From Octopus sinensis (lineage: Eukaryota), in assembly GCF_006345805.1 (NCBI RefSeq), contig NC_043008.1, positions 372,001 to 436,000 of the forward strand: a DNA stretch of 64,000 nucleotides. The letters run 5' to 3'. Shown here piece by piece: positions 52,490-64,000 of this stretch; position 1 is the stretch's first letter, and every line of letters starts with the position of its first letter. A model generated the notes under the pieces. It worked only from the letters and a program-made list of their open reading frames with translations. It did not search any database and was not told the DNA's origin. The position numbers and the translations under genes were made by a program.

Positions 52490-52999
52490 ACTTAAATACA
52501 TACAATTACACACATATATATAAATATATATGTTTATATATAAATATATATGTATGTATGTATGTATTTATATGTATATATATGAATTTATGTGTTCATG
52601 AATTCGACAGTCACGTGATGAAGAAAACAAATATGCCGGTGACAAGATATTTTCGAGCCTATATATATATTATTCAGGATTTTTCAGGAAGAATAATGAC
52701 AGCTAGGACGGAACACACTACGTTATGCCAGACGTCATCTTTGGTTACGAAAATAAACATAGCTGAACAAAGTGTGCAATGGTAGGAGGATAAATTTAGC
52801 AGCCAATATTCGTGTTTGTTTCCCATGATTGTAAATTAAGAAACAAGCAAACGAAGCCAGAAGTCATTTGTGAGTTGATGGGAATTTATTATAGCGAAAT
52901 ATGGAGAAGGAGTGAAAGACGAGGGAAAAGGCGAATGTAAAGCATCGGAGGGGGATATGGAAACAAAAGCACAAAAAAAAGACAAGTGTAATAATGAAT

Positions 53000-53395
53000 G
53001 TGTGATATGAAGTTTCTTTCCTAACCACGTGGCTCCACGTTCAGTCCCAACTGTGTGGCATCTTGTGCTTGTGTCTTCTACTGTAGCCTCGGGCTGACCA
53101 AATCCTTGGCAGTGGTTTCGGTAGACAGACACTGAAAAGAAAGGCGGCGAGCTGGCAGAAACGTTAGCACGCCGGGCGAAATGCTTAGCGGTATTTCGTC
53201 TGCGTTACGTTGTGAGTTCAAATTCCGCCGAGGTCGACTTTGCCTTTCATTCTTTCGGGGTCGATGAATTAAGTACCAGTTGCATACTGGCGTCGATGTA
53301 ATCGACTTTATCCCTTTGTCTGTCCTTGTTTGTCCTCTCTGTGTTTAGCCCCTTGTGGGCAATAAAGAAATAAGAAGCTGAAAAGACCGTCGTAT
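53000..53395 (+). mobile_element. SINE C 5' half with a SINE A monomer (53143-53377) inserted, 9-bp TSD
   Basis: CTGAAAAGA at 53132-53140 and 53378-53386. Confidence 0.85.
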
Positions 53396-53412
53396 GTTTA
53401 TGTATACATACA

Positions 53413-53460
<48 letters not shown>

Positions 53461-53594
53461 GAGAGAGACAAAGAAGCAGATAGATAGAGAGGGAGAGAGA
53501 GATGTCCTAAAACAAGTAAATGATAAAAGATAACACATTATAGAAAATCTGAATATGAAGAGGATAGAAAGTGAAAGCGTTCTGCCAATTAAAG

Positions 53595-53880
53595 TGGCGA
53601 GATGGCAGAGTCGTTAGCACGCCGGGCAAAATCTTTAGGAGTATTTCGTCCGTCTTTACATTCTGAGTTCAAATTCCACCGAAGTCGACTTAATAATTTA
53701 TCCTTTTGGGTCGATAAAATAAGTACCATTCGAGCCCTAGGGTCAATTTGATCGACTCACTCACTCCTTCGAACTTGCAGGATCGGACAGAAGACTCTTG
53801 CCAAAGGTGCTGCATAGAGGGACTGAGTCCAAAACCAATTGGTTTCGAAATGAACTTCTTAATCACACAACCATGAAATA
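53595..53880. mobile_element. SINE A (+) abutting a SINE C 5' half (-)
   Basis: GGCGAGATGGCAGAG.. head followed by GACTCTTGCCAAAGGTGC..GGGACTGA. Confidence 0.7.
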
Positions 53881-53929
53881 TATTTGGGGAACATTTATAC
53901 AATATGTGTGTGTGTGTGTATACTTTTAT

Positions 53930-54190
53930 GTGGAGGCGTGTGGCTTAGTTGTTAGGGTGTCAGCATCATGATCGTAAGATTGTGGTTTCGATTCCTGGAC
54001 CGGACGACGCGTTGCGTTCTTGAGCAAAACACTTTATTTCACGTTGCTCCAGTCCACTCAGCTGGCAAAAATGAGTAACGCTGCGATGGACTGGCGTCCC
54101 GTCCAGCTGGGGAACACATATGCCATAGAAACCGGGAAACCGGGCCCATGAGCCCGGCTAGTCTTTAAAAGGGGCGCATTTATTTTATTT
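53930..54190 (+). mobile_element. CORE-like SINE, head B + tail 2
   Basis: Head matches 14174-14310; tail CTGCGATGGACTGGCGTCCCGTCCAG..AAACCGGGAAACCGG. Confidence 0.88.
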
Positions 54191-54583
54191 TATACATTGT
54201 ATACTTTCAAACACGGATAGAAGGTTTGAATAATAACTTTACAGTGTTAACCCACACAACACAAGACAGAACTAGTTAGAAAAGCATTAGTACACAACAC
54301 ATCCATTCTCTTCAAATTTTCCCATAAAAATTGATGATTAATGGTGAATATACATAATGCAATAATTAGTCACAAAAAATATCTGTAAATTCTCAGGTGA
54401 CTGATAACTCATAAATCTAAAGGTAACAATTCAAATTCGAGCGGTAACGTCTATAACAATCACACGAACGCATACAGGCACACATCCACATAGAGACACA
54501 TACATGCAGAAAGATAAATAGACAGACAGACAGACAGACAGACAGATAGACAGACATACAGTCAGACATACAGACAGACAGAC

Positions 54584-54647
<64 letters not shown>

Positions 54648-54957
54648 GTGGAGGCACATGGCCTAGTGGCTAGAGCAGAGGACTCGCGGTCAAGGGATCG
54701 CGGGTTCGAATCTGAGACCGGGCGATGTGTGTGTTTATGAGCGAAAACACCTAAGCTCCACGCGGCTCCGGCAGAAGGTAATGGCGAACTTCTGCTGACT
54801 CTTTCGACACAACTTTCTCTCACACTTTCCCCCTGCAGCATGCAGCTCACCTGCGACGGACTGGTGTCCCGTCCAGGTGCGGAACCTGTACGACAAGGAA
54901 ACCGGGAAACCGGCCCTTATGAGCCAGGCATGGCTTGAGAAGGAACAAACAAACAAA
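54648..54957 (+). mobile_element. tRNA-derived SINE, head D + tail 2, inserted in (GATA)n
   Basis: Head matches the 4724-end element; tail matches 54081-54160; GATA/GACA repeats on both sides. Confidence 0.9.
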
Positions 54958-55084
54958 AAGAGATAGATAGACAGTCAGATAGACAGATAGATAGATACAT
55001 ACATACATACACATATATATATATATATATCCATATATATATATATACATATATACTTACACAATATATACATATATATATATA

Positions 55085-55169
<85 letters not shown>

Positions 55170-55414
55170 AGTGTTAGTTTAACATCTTAATTAGGCCATT
55201 ATCAAAATAAAAGACTCGACGACTAGTGCTTAGTTAAAATATCATACGCACACATGCACACACAAACGCACTCACGCACACCCACGCACACTCTCACCCG
55301 CCAACATATACATACATACATACATACATACATACATACATACATACATACATACATGCATACATACATACATGCATATAAACACCCATATATATCCACG
55401 CACGTATTTAAGTA

Positions 55415-55486
<72 letters not shown>

Positions 55487-56404
55487 ATATATATGTCCAT
55501 ACAGTTATATAAACACATCTTTTTACACACATATACACGCACGCAGACATACATAAACATATATAAACACCCACGTACTACATACCCACACACTCACACA
55601 CATGAAAACACACACATACATATATAAATACCCAGAGACCATGCACCCTAGTACATCCAAACACGCATACACATACATATATAAACATCCACCTATCACT
55701 TACACTTATACACACACAGAGAAACGAGCCATACACAGAGAAAATACATTGATTAGGCTTCTAAAGAAATCTAAAATAATACCTAATGAGAGAAAAAAAA
55801 AGGGTCAATTGGAAGCCCTTTGTTCTGGATAAATCCTGAATAAAGCTTGAATATGAAACTGGAAATTCAACCTTTTTCATTCATGTTTTCTCAGACTCAT
55901 TCATCAAATTTGTAAAATTGATCGGAAAGTGGGTTTTCTCTTCTACACTTTACTTTCTGTAAATGCGCTTCGGTTACCTTAAAGTCCGTGGGAAGCTGAT
56001 TAGATAATTATCGTCCATAAATGCAAAAGCAGACGATATTTCCCTGGCTGTCTGAGCCAGACAACAATAGACAGTGGTGTCTAGCAACACTCATGATTGC
56101 TCATTTATGTCTAGATATGTAAATAGGTGCGAGGGCGTGTGGTTTATTAGTTAGGCTGTTGCTCTCAAGATCGCGAGATAGCAAACTCGAGTTCCAGTAT
56201 CGAGTGGTGCATTGCACTCATGAGTAAAACCGCTCAAAGCCATTTCTGCCATCACTTCGACATCTGACGTGTGGCACGCTGTGCACCTATACAGCCAAAG
56301 TCGATTATGTGCAGCAAAACCGTTTGTTCACTATAAACAAGCGTCTGCGCAGGTTGTTCAGGGAAAAATTACAGAACCGCCTTTCTCAGACTCGATAAAC
56401 TATC

Positions 56405-56765
56405 AACATCATCATCATTATCATCATCATCAACAACATCATTATTGAGTGAGAGAGCAGTACATGCCATCAAAGTGACACTGGGATAAAATATACGAAG
56501 CTCAGTATACCCATCATGACTACCCGTCTGATAAGGGTACATCAGGTACATGAATCACAACCATATGTGCACGACATGGTGATCTCATATCAAGATAAAC
56601 AGTGCTTGACCTTGCAGGTGAGGCTCAGTTAGACTTTTCTTCAGGTCGAGTGGCCCATCCCACACAAAAGGTCCCTGAATAAGGTTTGTTTAAGGATGAT
56701 GAACGAATCATTCATGTTTCCAAAGGTGAATTATTCAAACCCCAAAGAATTCCTCCCAACACATC
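56405..56765 (-). mobile_element. Possible LINE-derived 3' end with (GAT)n tail
   Basis: Non-coding block ending in GATGATGAT on minus; family recalled only loosely, no second copy in the window. Confidence 0.3.
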
Positions 56766-56775
56766 ATCATCGTGA

Positions 56776-56840
<65 letters not shown>

Positions 56841-56875
56841 GTTGTTGTTGTTGTTGTTGTTATTATTATTATTAT

Positions 56876-57222
56876 TACCTCCGCTTTCGCTAAGGCGGAG
56901 GTATTGTTTTTAGTCATGTTTGTTTGTTTGTTTGTCCGTAGACAAGATATCTCAAGAACCGCTGGATGGATTCGGATGAAGCTTTCAGGGATGTTTGGCC
57001 TCGAGACTGGCACGAACTGATTAGATTTTGGGATCGATCCGGTACCGGACAAGGATTCTGGATCATTTTTGAGAGCAGTCGGGTTCATTTTTAGTATTCT
57101 CGTTTGTGAGAGGAGTCGAGTTTATTTCAGGTATTCACATTTTAAAGATCATCTCCGGCTAATCGTTGAGAGGACATTGGTGTTGCCTTGGCGGAGGTTT
57201 GCGCTCTCTGAGTGCTCTTGTT
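56876..57222 (+). mobile_element. Helentron-type non-autonomous element (HINE/DINE-1-like architecture)
   Basis: 5' hairpin TACCTCCGC/GCGGAGGTA, (GTTT)n, 3' subterminal GGCGGAGGT and stem-loop GCGCTC-TCT-GAGTGC; inserted in (ATT)n/(GTT)n. Confidence 0.78.
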
Positions 57223-57246
57223 GTTGTTATTATTATTATTATTATA

Positions 57247-57284
<38 letters not shown>

Positions 57285-57308
57285 CAGCATCAGCATCATC
57301 CTCATCAA

Positions 57309-57347
<39 letters not shown>

Positions 57348-57419
57348 AACAGCGAGTCGGTGGAATCGTTAGCATATCGGACAAAATACGTCTACTGTAT
57401 TGTCCCTATACGTCGGCCC

Positions 57420-57850
57420 TGGCGGTCAATGAATGAAAGTGCTAAAGACAGTCACTTCCCTCTTTGGCCAAGCCCTCATCAACTGAGGGTGGAGATGGAA
57501 GTGTTGCCTTGTAGCAAGTTTCTTGAAAGGTGGGTGAATGTTGGAAGAATGGCCAGTGTGAAAGGACCAATTCTGAGCGTGCACCTGTAAAAAGAGAATC
57601 AAAGGAGAAGGGCTCTTGCCCTGTTGTTCAGGCACCCGTGGCTTTTGTGGGATTTTCCATGAGGACCTTAAAGTGCCTCCCCTATTGGGAGTTTTATTTT
57701 GTTCAATTTTATTGTTATTACGTTGTGTACACGCGAAAACCCATTGTATTGTCCTGTTTTAGTCTTTTACGTTGTTCTATGTCATTTAATCTTTTTGCAT
57801 GTGAGCCCCTGTGACTAATAAAAGAATAAATTATTATTATTGTTGTTGTT
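57420..57850 (+). mobile_element. L1/Tx1-type LINE 3' end
   Basis: LRVEMEVLPCSKFLERW..HL* resembles the Tx1 C-terminus (E....F..RW), followed by a T-rich UTR, AATAAA and (ATT)n. Confidence 0.5.
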
Positions 57851-58874
57851 GTTGTTGTTGTTATTATTATTATTTAAATAGACGTTAGTGCAGTGTATTA
57901 CGTTGTAAAGAAGAACGTATGAAGGAATAAAGAATTGAATTTGGGGGTTTAGTGTGGAGGGGAAGTGGTGTGTTCAATGGAGAGATAATACGATGTAGAA
58001 TAAGTAATTAATGTAGTGTAATTACTGTAGAATCTAGAGTGAGTAATTAATGTAGAGCAAAGGAAAGAAAGGAGAAAGGAGATTGAGGTTGAACGATGGC
58101 ACAACAGTAACGAACTCGAAACAGACTTTTCCCTTTTAGTCACTACGCCTTGACCTCAGGTTTCGTATTGGATTCGTCAGACATCAGTGAACCTGGAGCT
58201 GACGTACTCAGTTTCTTTTATAAACCTTCGTTCGCAGAGCCGCGATGTGATGATAATAAAGGGATTTTGTTATGCAGTGACTTTAAATGTAATCCATACA
58301 TAAACATAGGTAATATTTGTGGTAAAAGCTGGGCAAGTGCTGTAGGCAAAAGTAGAGATTGTGAAGCTGGTTAATGTAGTGATCAAAGAGGTTAAGCGTA
58401 TATGACAGTAGAATGACGTGAGTATGTTAGATTATGAAGTGTGGCTAAAATAATGAGAGAATAAGTAGATTTTTTTTTCTAATGTTGATAGAGGCTGGTA
58501 ACAACTGTAGGGAGAAGGATTATGGAAGTTGATTTTGAAAGGAGATAGCTAATATTGGGAATAGATATGTAATTAATGGGTGAAGTAGAGGGGGTAATTA
58601 ACGAACATGGTAAGGGCTTTAAATAACGTCTGTGTGAATGCGTATATAAATGTATGCATGTATGTATGTGTGTATGTATATATATATATATGTATGTGTG
58701 TGTATGTGTGTGTGTGTGTGTGTATGCATAGGGAGTGAGGGATTAATGAGAAAGCAGTGGAAGTGAGAGGGATCTTCTTAATTTGGGGTAAGATATAATA
58801 GAAAGAGTTATTAACCTAAATAGTTTTCTTTTTCTCTTTTATTTCTTTTATGTTTTTTTATATATACAGTATAT

Positions 58875-58905
<31 letters not shown>

Positions 58906-59029
58906 CATATATATGTATACACATATATGTATATATATATATAAATATGATTGCCAGCCGTCATTAATGGAACAGTAATCGCCGTTAAATCCTTGGATGT
59001 ACAGCCCTCTTCGGCTGCTACTGTGGCAG

Positions 59030-59215
59030 CTGGTACTACTACTACTACTACTACTATTACTACTACTACTTGTACTAGTACCACCATCACCACCACTAAT
59101 ACCACCACCACAACCAATAACAACACTGCCACTACCACCGCCACTACTATTATTATTATTATTATTATTATCATTACCACTCCACCATCGTCACTACCAC
59201 CACCACCACCAGTAC

Positions 59216-59246
<31 letters not shown>

Positions 59247-59405
59247 ACCACCAACATTGCTACAACTACTATAATCACTACCATTACCATCATCACCACC
59301 CCCTCCATCATTAATGCTGTTACTACTACTACTAATAATACTACTACTACTGCTACTACTACTACTACTACTACCACTACTACTACTGCCGCTACTACTA
59401 CTACT
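59030..59405. repeat. (ACT)n/(ACC)n/(ATT)n compound repeat
   Basis: Direct inspection. Confidence 0.95.
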
Positions 59406-59499
59406 TTGACCACCTCCCTTAGACACATACATATTTAGGTTACTGGGACATCAATGAATTGAAAATATAAGTGTAAGTGGAGGAGACGATGTAGAGAGA

Positions 59500-59558
59500 G
59501 AGTGTGAGAAGGGAATAGGGAGAGATAGAGAGCAAGAAAAGAGGGAGGAAGCGATTGC

Positions 59559-59594
<36 letters not shown>

Positions 59595-60050
59595 TTGAAA
59601 GGAAAGAGAGTGAGAGGGGATCTGTTGAAGAAGTGAAGCGAGAGAGAAAGAAGGAGAGAGAGAGGGAAAGAGAGAGAGACAGAGAGACACAGAGAGAGAG
59701 AGAGAGAGTGTGTGTGTGTGTGTGGATCGAAAGGGAATATGTAGAAAAGATGGGAATATGTAGAAAAGTGGAGAATAGTGAGACGGAGAACGCGGAGGTG
59801 ATGGTGGTGGGGGAGGTTCAGAACGAGAGGAGAGAGAGAGGGGGAATAATGAGTGGGGTGGTTAAATATAATGAACGAGATAGAGAGGGAGGAGAGACAG
59901 AAAGACAGAACGACAGAGAGAGAGGGGGGAGAGGGGGGAGAGGGGGGGAGAGGGGGGAGATGGGGGGAGAGAGAGGGGGATATTCTAATGTAAAAGATGG
60001 GGGAGGAAATAAATTTGATATAATGAATAAAGGGACGGGGGTGGGAGATG
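59500..60050 (+). repeat. Polypurine (GA)n/G-run tract with G-quadruplex potential at about 59910-59980
   Basis: Seven or more G5-G7 runs separated by AGA-type linkers. Confidence 0.75.
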
Positions 60051-60448
60051 ATTAATGTAATTAATGCAGGGAAATAATGAAAACAAACAGAAAGGGAAGG
60101 AGAGTGTTTTTGTTTAGCAACCGCCGGAAGGTGTCGCTATGTACTTGAAACGAAGGTTTTAGGCGAAATGTTAGTTTTGTGAGGATCTTTTTTTCTTTTT
60201 GTTTTTTATTGTTTTTTTTGTTCTTGTTTTTTTTTTGCTTATGGGAGGATTTGAACCTGGATTTGCTTGGTAATGGTGATAACTGGTTTATACAACCACA
60301 TGACCTACTAACGATTAATAGGCAAGCTGAGCCCGCGAAAAGTATTCGTCTGCATTGGAGTCACCTTTTAGTGTTAAACGCTTAGCTTTGATGAACCGAT
60401 TGCTTGTCTGATTAGGAAATATATGAACTCAATACAATTGTTAGCCAA

Positions 60449-60843
60449 GGCGGTGAGCTGGCAGAATCGTTAGCACGCCGGGCGAAATGCTTAGCAGTAT
60501 TTCGTCTGCCATTATGTTCTGAGTTCAAATTCCACCGAGGTCGACTTTGCCTTTCATTCTTTCGTGGTCAATAAATTAGGTACCAGTTACGCACTGGGGT
60601 CGATGTAATCGACTTAATCCGTTTCTCTGTCCTTGCTTGTCTCCTCTGTGTTTAGCCCCTTGTGGGTAGTAAAGAAATAGGTATTTCGTCTGCCGCTACG
60701 TTCTGAGTTCAAATTCCGCCGAGGTCGACTTTGCTTTTCATCCTTTCGGAGTCGATAAATAACGTACCAGTTGCGTACTAGGGACGGTCTAATCGGCTGG
60801 CCCCCTCACCAAAATTTGGGGCCTTGTGCCTAGAGGAGAAAAT
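60449..60843 (+). mobile_element. SINE family A dimer: head-body-tailA1-body-tailA2
   Basis: Junction AAAGAAATAG|GTATTTCG at about 60671-60690. Confidence 0.92.
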
Positions 60844-60853
60844 AATATTTGAA

Positions 60854-61066
60854 AGCGGTGAGCTGAGCTGGCATAATCGTTAGCGCGCCGGGCAAAATGA
60901 TTAGCAGCGTTCCGTTCTTCTTTACGTCTTGAGTTCATACTCCGCCGAAGTCTACTTTACAATTAAACTTTTTGGAATCGATAAAGTACCAGTTGCGTAC
61001 TGGGGTCGATCTAATCGACTTACCCCATCCCACGAATTTGCTGGCCTTTCAAAATTTGAAACTGGT
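60854..61066 (+). mobile_element. SINE family A diverged monomer
   Basis: Head, body and A2-like tail. Confidence 0.8.
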
Positions 61067-61104
61067 ATTAGCTGATTACTTTGATCTTATTAAATATTAT
61101 CAAA

Positions 61105-61631
61105 CCGTTTAATTCGTATAACTTTCAAAGCCTTTTGCTCCCCTTGGAGCCTAAGCCATCGATGATTTTCCTCCTCTGTTCTCTAGGTTTTCTTTCTGCT
61201 TCTTTTCAATTGGATCCTTGTTTGTTGTTGTTTTTGTTGTTGCTGTTTTGTTTTTTGGAAATTCTTTCAGCTCTGCTTCAATATCCTGCCTCCAACTATT
61301 CCTTTCGGATACTGCTGAACTACGACATCTGTTTTCCTGAGGGAAGACCTTCCACCCCCAGATCTTGTCAGTTGTGAATTGTCATCAAAAGATTTGCTTT
61401 TGTAACTTCGCTTCTTTTTTTTTTTTCTTTCTAGGTAGAGGTTTTGGCCCTACGCATGCCTACTTTATACCTCTGAAAAAAAGTGGCCTCTAGCCTCTGA
61501 TCTGACCTCTAACCTTCGACTTGTCCAGCACGGGAGATCCTGCCAAGAGCTTGTACTCTGCTGGTATAACTCTCAGGGTTATTAAGGGACGCAAGCCACC
61601 GCAGTGTCATAAGGACTGGGCCCTGAGAAGG
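61105..61631 (-). mobile_element. Internally deleted RTE-clade element (5' UTR fused to ORF C-terminus)
   Basis: Minus strand: GGCTTGCGT..ACCCTGAGAG..GGACAAGTCGAAGG RTE-type 5' UTR, then PQENR..NSWRQDIEAELKE..RRKIIDGLGSKGSKRL*. Confidence 0.62.
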
Positions 61632-61690
61632 TTAATTTGAATATAATTGCATAATTGTAATACAATGCGTCAATTGGTGTTGATTGATAT

Positions 61691-64000
61691 ACAGTTGTTT
61701 AATTAGTTTGTCAAATGACATGCAGTTGTTTATTTAATTAGCATAAATTTGTCAATTGACATGCAGTTGTGTAATTGGTATAAATTTGTCAATTGACATG
61801 CAGTTGTTTAATTGGTATAAATTTGTCAATTGACATGCAGTTGTTTATTTAATTAGCATAAGTTTGTCAATTGACATGCAGTTGTTTATTTAATTAGCAT
61901 AAATTTGTCAATTGACATGCAGTTGTTTAATTGGTATAAATTTGTCAATTGACATGCAGTTGTTTAATTGGTATAAATTTGTCAATTGACATGCAGTTGT
62001 TTAATTGGTATAAATTTGTCAATTGACATGCAGTTGTTTATTTAATTAGCATAAGTTTGTCAATTGACATGCAGTTGTTTAATTGGTATAAATTTGTCAA
62101 TTGACATGCAGTTGTTTATTTAATTAGCATAAGTTTGTCAATTTACATGCAGTTGTTTATTTAATTAGCATAAATTTGTCAATTGACATGCAGTTGTTTA
62201 ATTGGTATAAATTTGTCAATTGACATGCAGTTGTTTAATTGGTATAAATTTGTCAATTGACATGCAGTTGTTTAATTGGTATAAATTTGTCAATTGACAT
62301 GCAGTTGTTTAATTGGTATAAATTTGTCAATTGACATGCAGTTGTTTAATTGGTATAAATTTGTCAATTGACATGCAGTTGTTTAATTGGTATAAATTTG
62401 TCAATTGACATGCAGTTGTTTATTTAATTAGCATAAGTTTGTCAATTGACATGCAGTTGTTTAATTGGTATAAATTTGTCAATTGACATGCAGTTGTTTA
62501 ATTGGTATAAATTTGTCAATTGACATGCAGTTGTTTATTTAATTAGCATAATTTGTCAATTGACATGCAGTTATTTAATTGGTATAAATTTGTCAATTGA
62601 CATGCAGTTGTTTAATGGTATAAATTTGTCAATTGACATGCAGTTGTTTAATTGGTATAATTTGTCAATGACATGCAGTTGTTTAATTGGTATAAATTTG
62701 TCAATTGACATGCAGTTGTTTAATTGGTATAAATTTGTCAATTGACATGCAGTTGTTTATTTAATTAGCATAAGTTTGTCAATTGACATGCAGTTGTTTA
62801 ATGGTATAAATTTGTCAATTGACATGCAGTTGTTTAATTGGTATAAATTTGTCAATTGACATGCAGTTGTTTATTTAATTAGCATAAGTTGTCAATTGAC
62901 ATGCAGTTGTTTATTTAATTAGCATAATTTGTCAATTGACATGCAGTTGTTTAATTGGTATAAATTTGTCAATTGACATGCAGTTGTTTAATTGGTATAA
63001 ATTTGTCAATTGACATGCAGTTGTTTAATTGGTATAAATTTGTCAATTGACATGCAGTTGTTTATTAATTAGCATAAGTTTGTCAATTGACATGCAGTTG
63101 TTTAATGGTATAAATTTGTCAATTGACATGCAGTTGTTTATTGGTATAAATTTGTCAATTGACATGCAGTTGTTTATTTAATTAGCATAAGTTGTCAATT
63201 GACATGCAGTTGTTTAATTGGTATAAATTTGTCAATTGACATGCAGTTGTTTAATTGGTATAAATTTGTCAATTGACATGCAGTTGTTTAATTGGTATAA
63301 ATTTGTCAATTGACATGCAGTTGTTTAATTGGTATAAATTTGTCAATTGACATGCAGTTGTTTAATTGGTATAAATTTGTCAATTGACATGCAGTGTTTA
63401 ATTGGTATAAATTTGTCAATGACATGCAGTTGTTTATTTAATTAGCATAAGTTTGTCAATTGACATGCAGTTGTTTAATTGGTATAAATTTGTCAATTGA
63501 CATGCAGTTGTTTAATTGGTATAAATTGTCAATTGACATGCAGTTGTTTATTAATTAGCATAAGTTGTCAATTGACATGCAGTTGTTTAATTGGTATAAA
63601 TTTGTCAATTGACATGCAGTTGTTTAATTGGTATAATTTGTCAATTGACATGCAGTTGTTAATTGGTATAAATTGTCAATTGACATGCAGTTGTTAATTG
63701 GTATAAATTTGTCAATTGACATGCAGTTGTTTATTTATTAGCATAAGTTTGTCAATTGACATGCAGTTGTTTAATTGGTATAAATTTGTCAATTGACATG
63801 CAGTTGTTTAATTGGTATAAATTTGTCAATTGACATGCAGTTGTTTATTTAATTAGCATAAGTTTGTCAATTGACATGCAGTTGTTAATTGGTATAAATT
63901 TGTCAATTGACATGCAGTTGTTATTTAATTAGATAAGTTTGTCAATTGACATGCAGTTGTTTAATTGGTATAAATTTGTCAATTGACATGCAGTTGTTTA
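61691..64000 (+). repeat. 37/41-bp tandem satellite, about 60 units, running off the window end
   Basis: GCAGTTGTTTAATTGGTATAAATTTGTCAATTGACAT (37 bp) and GCAGTTGTTTATTTAATTAGCATAAGTTTGTCAATTGACAT (41 bp). Confidence 0.98.

Noticed and set aside
58148-58184. Minus-strand CUGACGA..GAAAC-CUGAG-GUC hammerhead-like core
   Set aside because: Stems I and II do not pair and there is no (TA)n or pLTR context; likely chance.
61691-64000. Palindromic 37-bp repeat resembling a CRISPR direct repeat
   Set aside because: Units are directly adjacent with no spacers.

Overview
AT-rich eukaryotic DNA saturated with repeats. The mix of tRNA-derived SINEs, Penelope-like fragments in (TA)n tracts and very dense microsatellites resembles Octopus/coleoid cephalopod DNA; this is recognition from memory, not a database result. 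No intact host gene, rRNA, tRNA gene or CRISPR array is supportable, and almost all ORFs in the supplied track are microsatellite translations. The window holds: (i) about 25 copies of one SINE family (A), often as head-to-tail concatemers with fixed junctions; (ii) a CORE-like SINE (C) with a central microsatellite; (iii) two SINE heads and two tails present in all four combinations; (iv) decayed LINE ends (three R4/Dong-type, CR1, L1/Tx1, RTE); (v) Tc1/mariner, Helitron, Helentron-type and Kolobok-like DNA elements; (vi) 80-bp and 37/41-bp satellites; (vii) three local duplications and one 100-N gap. The strongest signal is a set of type I hammerhead ribozyme motifs in Penelope-like fragments. 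Two have intact cores: 33217-33259, and 37306-37397 with AATAAA inside loop II. A CCGACGA core variant is repeated in a 524-nt tandem unit, and several decayed copies occur elsewhere. All alignments and structures were done by eye.
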